Positions 21,350-32,000 of a stretch of 32,000 nt of DNA are shown piece by piece. Made by a program: the position numbers and the translations under genes. Each line of letters begins with the position of its first letter. The stretch's first letter is position 1. A model generated the notes under the pieces. The model made no database searches. It saw nothing but the letters and a program-made list of their open reading frames with translations, and was not told the DNA's origin. Source of the stretch: Candidatus Electronema halotolerans (GTDB taxonomy: Bacteria > Desulfobacterota > Desulfobulbia > Desulfobulbales > Desulfobulbaceae); NCBI GenBank assembly GCA_942493095.1, contig OW818675.1:2250001-2282000 (forward strand), written 5' to 3'.

Positions 21350-21823
21350 TTACCAGCGGTAATGCGCAAAGGCTTTGTTTGCCTCCGCCATCTTGTGGGT
21401 GTCGTCCCGTTTTTTCACGGCAGCACCCCGATTGCCATAAGCATCCAAAATTTCGGCAGCCAGCTTCTCAGACATGGACTGGCCGGAACGCTTCTGGGCA
21501 AAACCGATGATCCAGCGGATGGCCAAGGCATTGCGCCGCTCAGGCCGCACCTCAATAGGCACCTGATAGGTCGCGCCGCCGACTCTGCGGCTCTTCACCT
21601 CAACCTTGGGCCGGACATTCTCCATGGCTGTCTCAAAAACAGCCATCGGCTCTTCTTCCGTCAGCTTCTGGCTCACCCGGTCCATAGCCTCATAGAACAT
21701 GCGGCGGGCCAAGGATTTTTTTCCGTCTTTCATCAGGCCGTTGGTAAAACGGGCCACCAGAATGGAATTATATTTCGGATCAGCTTCGATGAAACGTCGC
21801 GTCTGTACTTTTTTTCTCGGCAT
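21350..21823 (-). CDS. rpsG: 30S ribosomal protein S7
   Basis: 157 aa; [48 protein letters not shown]... [11 protein letters not shown]. Confidence 0.98.
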   Translation of the reverse strand: MPRKKVQTRRFIEADPKYNSILVARFTNGLMKDGKKSLARRMFYEAMDRVSQKLTEEEPMAVFETAMENVRPKVEVKSRRVGGATYQVPIEVRPERRNALAIRWIIGFAQKRSGQSMSEKLAAEILDAYGNRGAAVKKRDDTHKMAEANKAFAHYRW

Positions 21824-21842
21824 CTCGCATCACTCCGGCAGG

Positions 21843-22214
21843 TTATTTAGGCCGTTTCGCGCCGTATTTAGAACGCCCTTGCCGCCGGTCATTCACTCCC
21901 AGCGTGTCAAGCGTACCGCGAATAATATGGTAACGCACACCAGGCAGGTCTTTGACGCGGCCTCCCCGAATCAGCACTACGGAGTGCTCTTGGAGATTGT
22001 GGCCGACTCCTGGAATGTAGGAGGTCACTTCAATGCCGTTGGCCAGCCGCACCCTTGCCACCTTGCGCAGAGCCGAGTTCGGCTTTTTCGGCGTGGTGGT
22101 ATAGACCCTGACGCACACGCCGCGTTTCTGCGGACAACCCTGCATGGCCGGGGTGTTGGAACGCTTGGCCTGCTTTTCCCTTCTTTTTCTGACCAGCTGG
22201 TTAATCGTTGGCAT
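21843..22214 (-). CDS. rpsL: 30S ribosomal protein S12
   Basis: [57 protein letters not shown]... (123 aa). The track's upstream extension to 22325 is not needed; ATG at 22214 is preceded by AAGGGAAAG. Confidence 0.98.
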   Translation of the reverse strand: MPTINQLVRKRREKQAKRSNTPAMQGCPQKRGVCVRVYTTTPKKPNSALRKVARVRLANGIEVTSYIPGVGHNLQEHSVVLIRGGRVKDLPGVRYHIIRGTLDTLGVNDRRQGRSKYGAKRPK

Positions 22215-22244
22215 ACAGTTCTTTCCCTTGCAAATATAAGCAGT

Positions 22245-22264
22245 CCGCGTCTTGACGGACGCGG
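22245..22264 (-). promoter_or_regulatory. 7-bp hairpin (CCGCGTC-N6-GACGCGG) in the rpsL 5' UTR
   Basis: Seen directly: CCGCGTC TTGACG GACGCGG, lying at the predicted 5' end of the transcript from the promoter at 22272-22300. Confidence 0.5.
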
Positions 22265-22271
22265 GGGTTAA

Positions 22272-22300
22272 TATATAGCACAATGCGCGAGGCGTGTCAA
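22272..22300 (-). promoter_or_regulatory. Candidate sigma70-type promoter for the str operon (rpsL-rpsG-fusA...)
   Basis: Minus strand: TTGACA (22300-22295), 17-nt spacer CGCCTCGCGCATTGTGC, TATATATTAA. Lies immediately downstream of the rpoC stop. Confidence 0.65.
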
Positions 22301-22314
22301 ACAAAATCTGCTGC

Positions 22315-26382
<4,068 letters not shown>

Positions 26383-26578
26383 GAAGATTCTCCCTTCTGA
26401 TGCTTATCCTGAAACGCATTGATTGTCTGAAACGCGCTGCCCTTGTTCAGACTGCCCTTCCCTTTCGTTGCCGCCCCGCCGTCCAATCTGTCGCCGCAGC
26501 TTGCCGATGCTCAGATGCTCCTCTGCAACCTTGCTGAAGAGCCTGTGAATATCCGCAGTCTCGTCACTGATGTTTCAA

Positions 26579-26606
26579 AGGAGCTTGTGCATGTTTGCAA
26601 GCTCCT
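26579..26606 (-). promoter_or_regulatory. 9-bp intercistronic hairpin, rpoB-rpoC spacer
   Basis: Minus strand: AGGAGCTTG-CAAACATGCA-CAAGCTCCT. About 40 nt downstream of the rpoB stop. Confidence 0.55.
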
Positions 26607-26646
26607 GCGGCATCTTCCCGATCTCATCGGCAAGGTCTGCTGGCTG

Positions 26647-30735
<4,089 letters not shown>

Positions 30736-30829
30736 GTTTCCCTCGTGATCTGTCTGCAGAAACCAGCTTGTCTAATCTGCCTGTGCCTTTTTTCTCAAAC
30801 TGAAAAAAATGCTTTTTTGTCCAGCTCAC

Positions 30830-30874
30830 AAAAAACGCAGTAACGCTACGAGGGGTGCCCCTCCATAGCGTTAC
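30830..30874 (-). terminator. Attenuator/terminator-like hairpin with T6 tract between rplL and rpoB
   Basis: Minus strand: GTAACGCTA TG GAGGG GCAC CCCTC G TAGCGTTAC TGCG TTTTTT. A 9-bp outer stem and 5-bp inner stem, followed within 5 nt by six Ts. Confidence 0.75.
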
Positions 30875-30896
30875 CTGTTTCTGTTTCTGCTGTCCT

Positions 30897-30923
30897 CCTT
30901 GGAGCGTCAAAAGTTTTCCAAGG
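30897..30923 (-). promoter_or_regulatory. Second short hairpin (CCTTGGA / TCCAAGG, 7 bp) directly downstream of rplL
   Basis: Inverted repeat CCTTGGA-N13-TCCAAGG seen in the rplL-rpoB spacer. Confidence 0.4.
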
Positions 30924-30943
30924 CGGCCAGCGGAAAAGCAAAA

Positions 30944-31324
30944 CTACTTGACCTCCACAGCGCCTCCGGCTTCTTCGATCTTTTTCTTGATCTCCGCAGC
31001 ATCCTCTTTGGAAACAGCTTCTTTCAGGGTTGTCGGCGCGCCCTCAACCGCATCCTTGGCCTCTTTCAGGCCCAGACCGGTGATTTCGCGCACTGCTTTG
31101 ATCACCTGAATTTTCTTGTCGCCAGCAGAGGTCAGCACCACGTCAAACTCGGTCTTCTCCTCAGCAGCTGCGGCACCCGAAGCGGCCCCGCCTGCCGCAG
31201 CCATGACAACCGGAGCAGCGGCGGAAACGCCGAACTTCTCCTCCAGAGCCTTGACCAACTCAGCAACCTCCAACAGGGTCATCTTCTCAACAAGACCAAC
31301 CACCTGCTCAATAGCTTCAGACAT
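30944..31324 (-). CDS. rplL: 50S ribosomal protein L7/L12
   Basis: 126 aa; [23 protein letters not shown]... [42 protein letters not shown]. Confidence 0.98.
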   Translation of the reverse strand: MSEAIEQVVGLVEKMTLLEVAELVKALEEKFGVSAAAPVVMAAAGGAASGAAAAEEKTEFDVVLTSAGDKKIQVIKAVREITGLGLKEAKDAVEGAPTTLKEAVSKEDAAEIKKKIEEAGGAVEVK

Positions 31325-31356
31325 CGTTCCTTCCTCCTGATGTATATATCCTAGGA

Positions 31357-31884
31357 TTAATTTTCCTGCTGTTCCTTCTGCTCTTTAATGGCCTGAAGGG
31401 CATAGACGAGATTACTCGGGGCGGCGTTGAGCGTGCAGACCAGCTTGGTCGGCACTGCTGCCAGCACACCGCAGAGCTGACCGAGCAGCTCCTCTTTGGA
31501 GGGCAGCTTGGACAGGGCGACAACATCGTCCGGGTTCAGCACCGCGCCTTCAAACATGGCGGAACGAAGTTTGAGCTTGTCAAGGTCCTTGTTGAACTCT
31601 GCCAAAACCTTGGCAGGCCCAACCGGCTCCTCAAAGCCAAAGGCCACCACTGTGCTGCCGGTGAAATACGGCTCCAGCCCGACATAATCCGTGTCTTTGA
31701 CCGCCAGCCGGAGCAGCGTGTTCTTGGCGACTTGGATTTGCGCGTTCTGGCCGCGCAGGCTGACCCGCAGCTTCTCCAGCTCCGAGACTTTCAGCCCCTG
31801 ATAGTCTGCCACCGCCGCAAATTTCGCCCGGCTGAAGGTGTCTTTCAACTCGCTGACCTTCAGCTCCTTGCTTTCACGATTCAA
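31357..31884 (-). CDS. rplJ: 50S ribosomal protein L10 (start probably TTG at 31884; track start GTG at 31893)
   Basis: [66 protein letters not shown]; canonical position upstream of rplL. Confidence 0.93.
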   Translation of the reverse strand: MNRESKELKVSELKDTFSRAKFAAVADYQGLKVSELEKLRVSLRGQNAQIQVAKNTLLRLAVKDTDYVGLEPYFTGSTVVAFGFEEPVGPAKVLAEFNKDLDKLKLRSAMFEGAVLNPDDVVALSKLPSKEELLGQLCGVLAAVPTKLVCTLNAAPSNLVYALQAIKEQKEQQEN

Positions 31885-31893
31885 CAGACGCAC

Positions 31894-32000
31894 CTCCTTG
31901 AAGAAAAAACGGGACAGTCAGGGGACAGCAGGAAAAGAAACGCAAACATGCGACCGCTCAACTGCTGCGGAGCAGACGCATCTGGCTGGTCTCGGCAGGC
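31894..32000 (-). promoter_or_regulatory. Possible 3' part of the L10 (rplJL) autoregulatory mRNA leader, cut by window edge
   Basis: At least 107 nt of non-coding, structured sequence directly upstream of rplJ, with CCTGCCGAGACCAGCC at the edge and nested stems ATGCG/CGCAT and CTGCT-CCGC-AGCAG. The assignment rests mainly on genomic context. Confidence 0.4.

Noticed and set aside
21843-22214. Possible streptomycin-resistance changes in S12
   Set aside because: [12 protein letters not shown] and the second conserved loop containing [14 protein letters not shown] appear normal.
26579-26646. In-frame TGA after HKLL in the rpoB-rpoC spacer as a selenocysteine codon
   Set aside because: The hairpin lies upstream of the TGA rather than immediately downstream, there is no redox motif, and the frame already follows the rpoB TAG.

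Overview
The window is dominated by one conserved, co-directional minus-strand cluster of 37 translation/transcription genes. In transcription order (right to left in window coordinates) it runs rplJ-rplL-rpoB-rpoC-rpsL-rpsG-fusA-rpsJ-rplC-rplD-rplW-rplB-rpsS-rplV-rpsC-rplP-rpmC-rpsQ-rplN-rplX-rplE-rpsN-rpsH-rplF-rplR-rpsE-rpmD-rplO-secY-map-infA-rpmJ-rpsM-rpsK-rpsD-rpoA-rplQ, i.e. the beta, str, S10, spc and alpha operons joined. It ends at a strong, probably bidirectional, terminator hairpin at about 3991-4044. Downstream, also on the minus strand, are a YkgJ-like cysteine-cluster protein, an M18 aminopeptidase, and the N-terminal part of a Tat-exported molybdopterin oxidoreductase of the PsrA/PhsA type, cut by the window edge. 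I found no CRISPR array, mobile element, tRNA/rRNA or defence-like system, and no convincing evidence of a new multi-gene biological system. The more interesting signals are non-coding or junctional: (1) a coding-like, helical-looking reading frame continuing in frame past the rpoB stop into a 264-nt rpoB-rpoC spacer that also holds a 9-bp hairpin; (2) a strong attenuator/terminator-like hairpin between rplL and rpoB; (3) a near-consensus promoter right after rpoC that would give the str operon its own start; (4) absence of tuf between fusA and rpsJ; (5) a terminator abutting the annotated start of the ykgJ-like gene. Large plus-strand ORFs antisense to these genes look like shadow ORFs.
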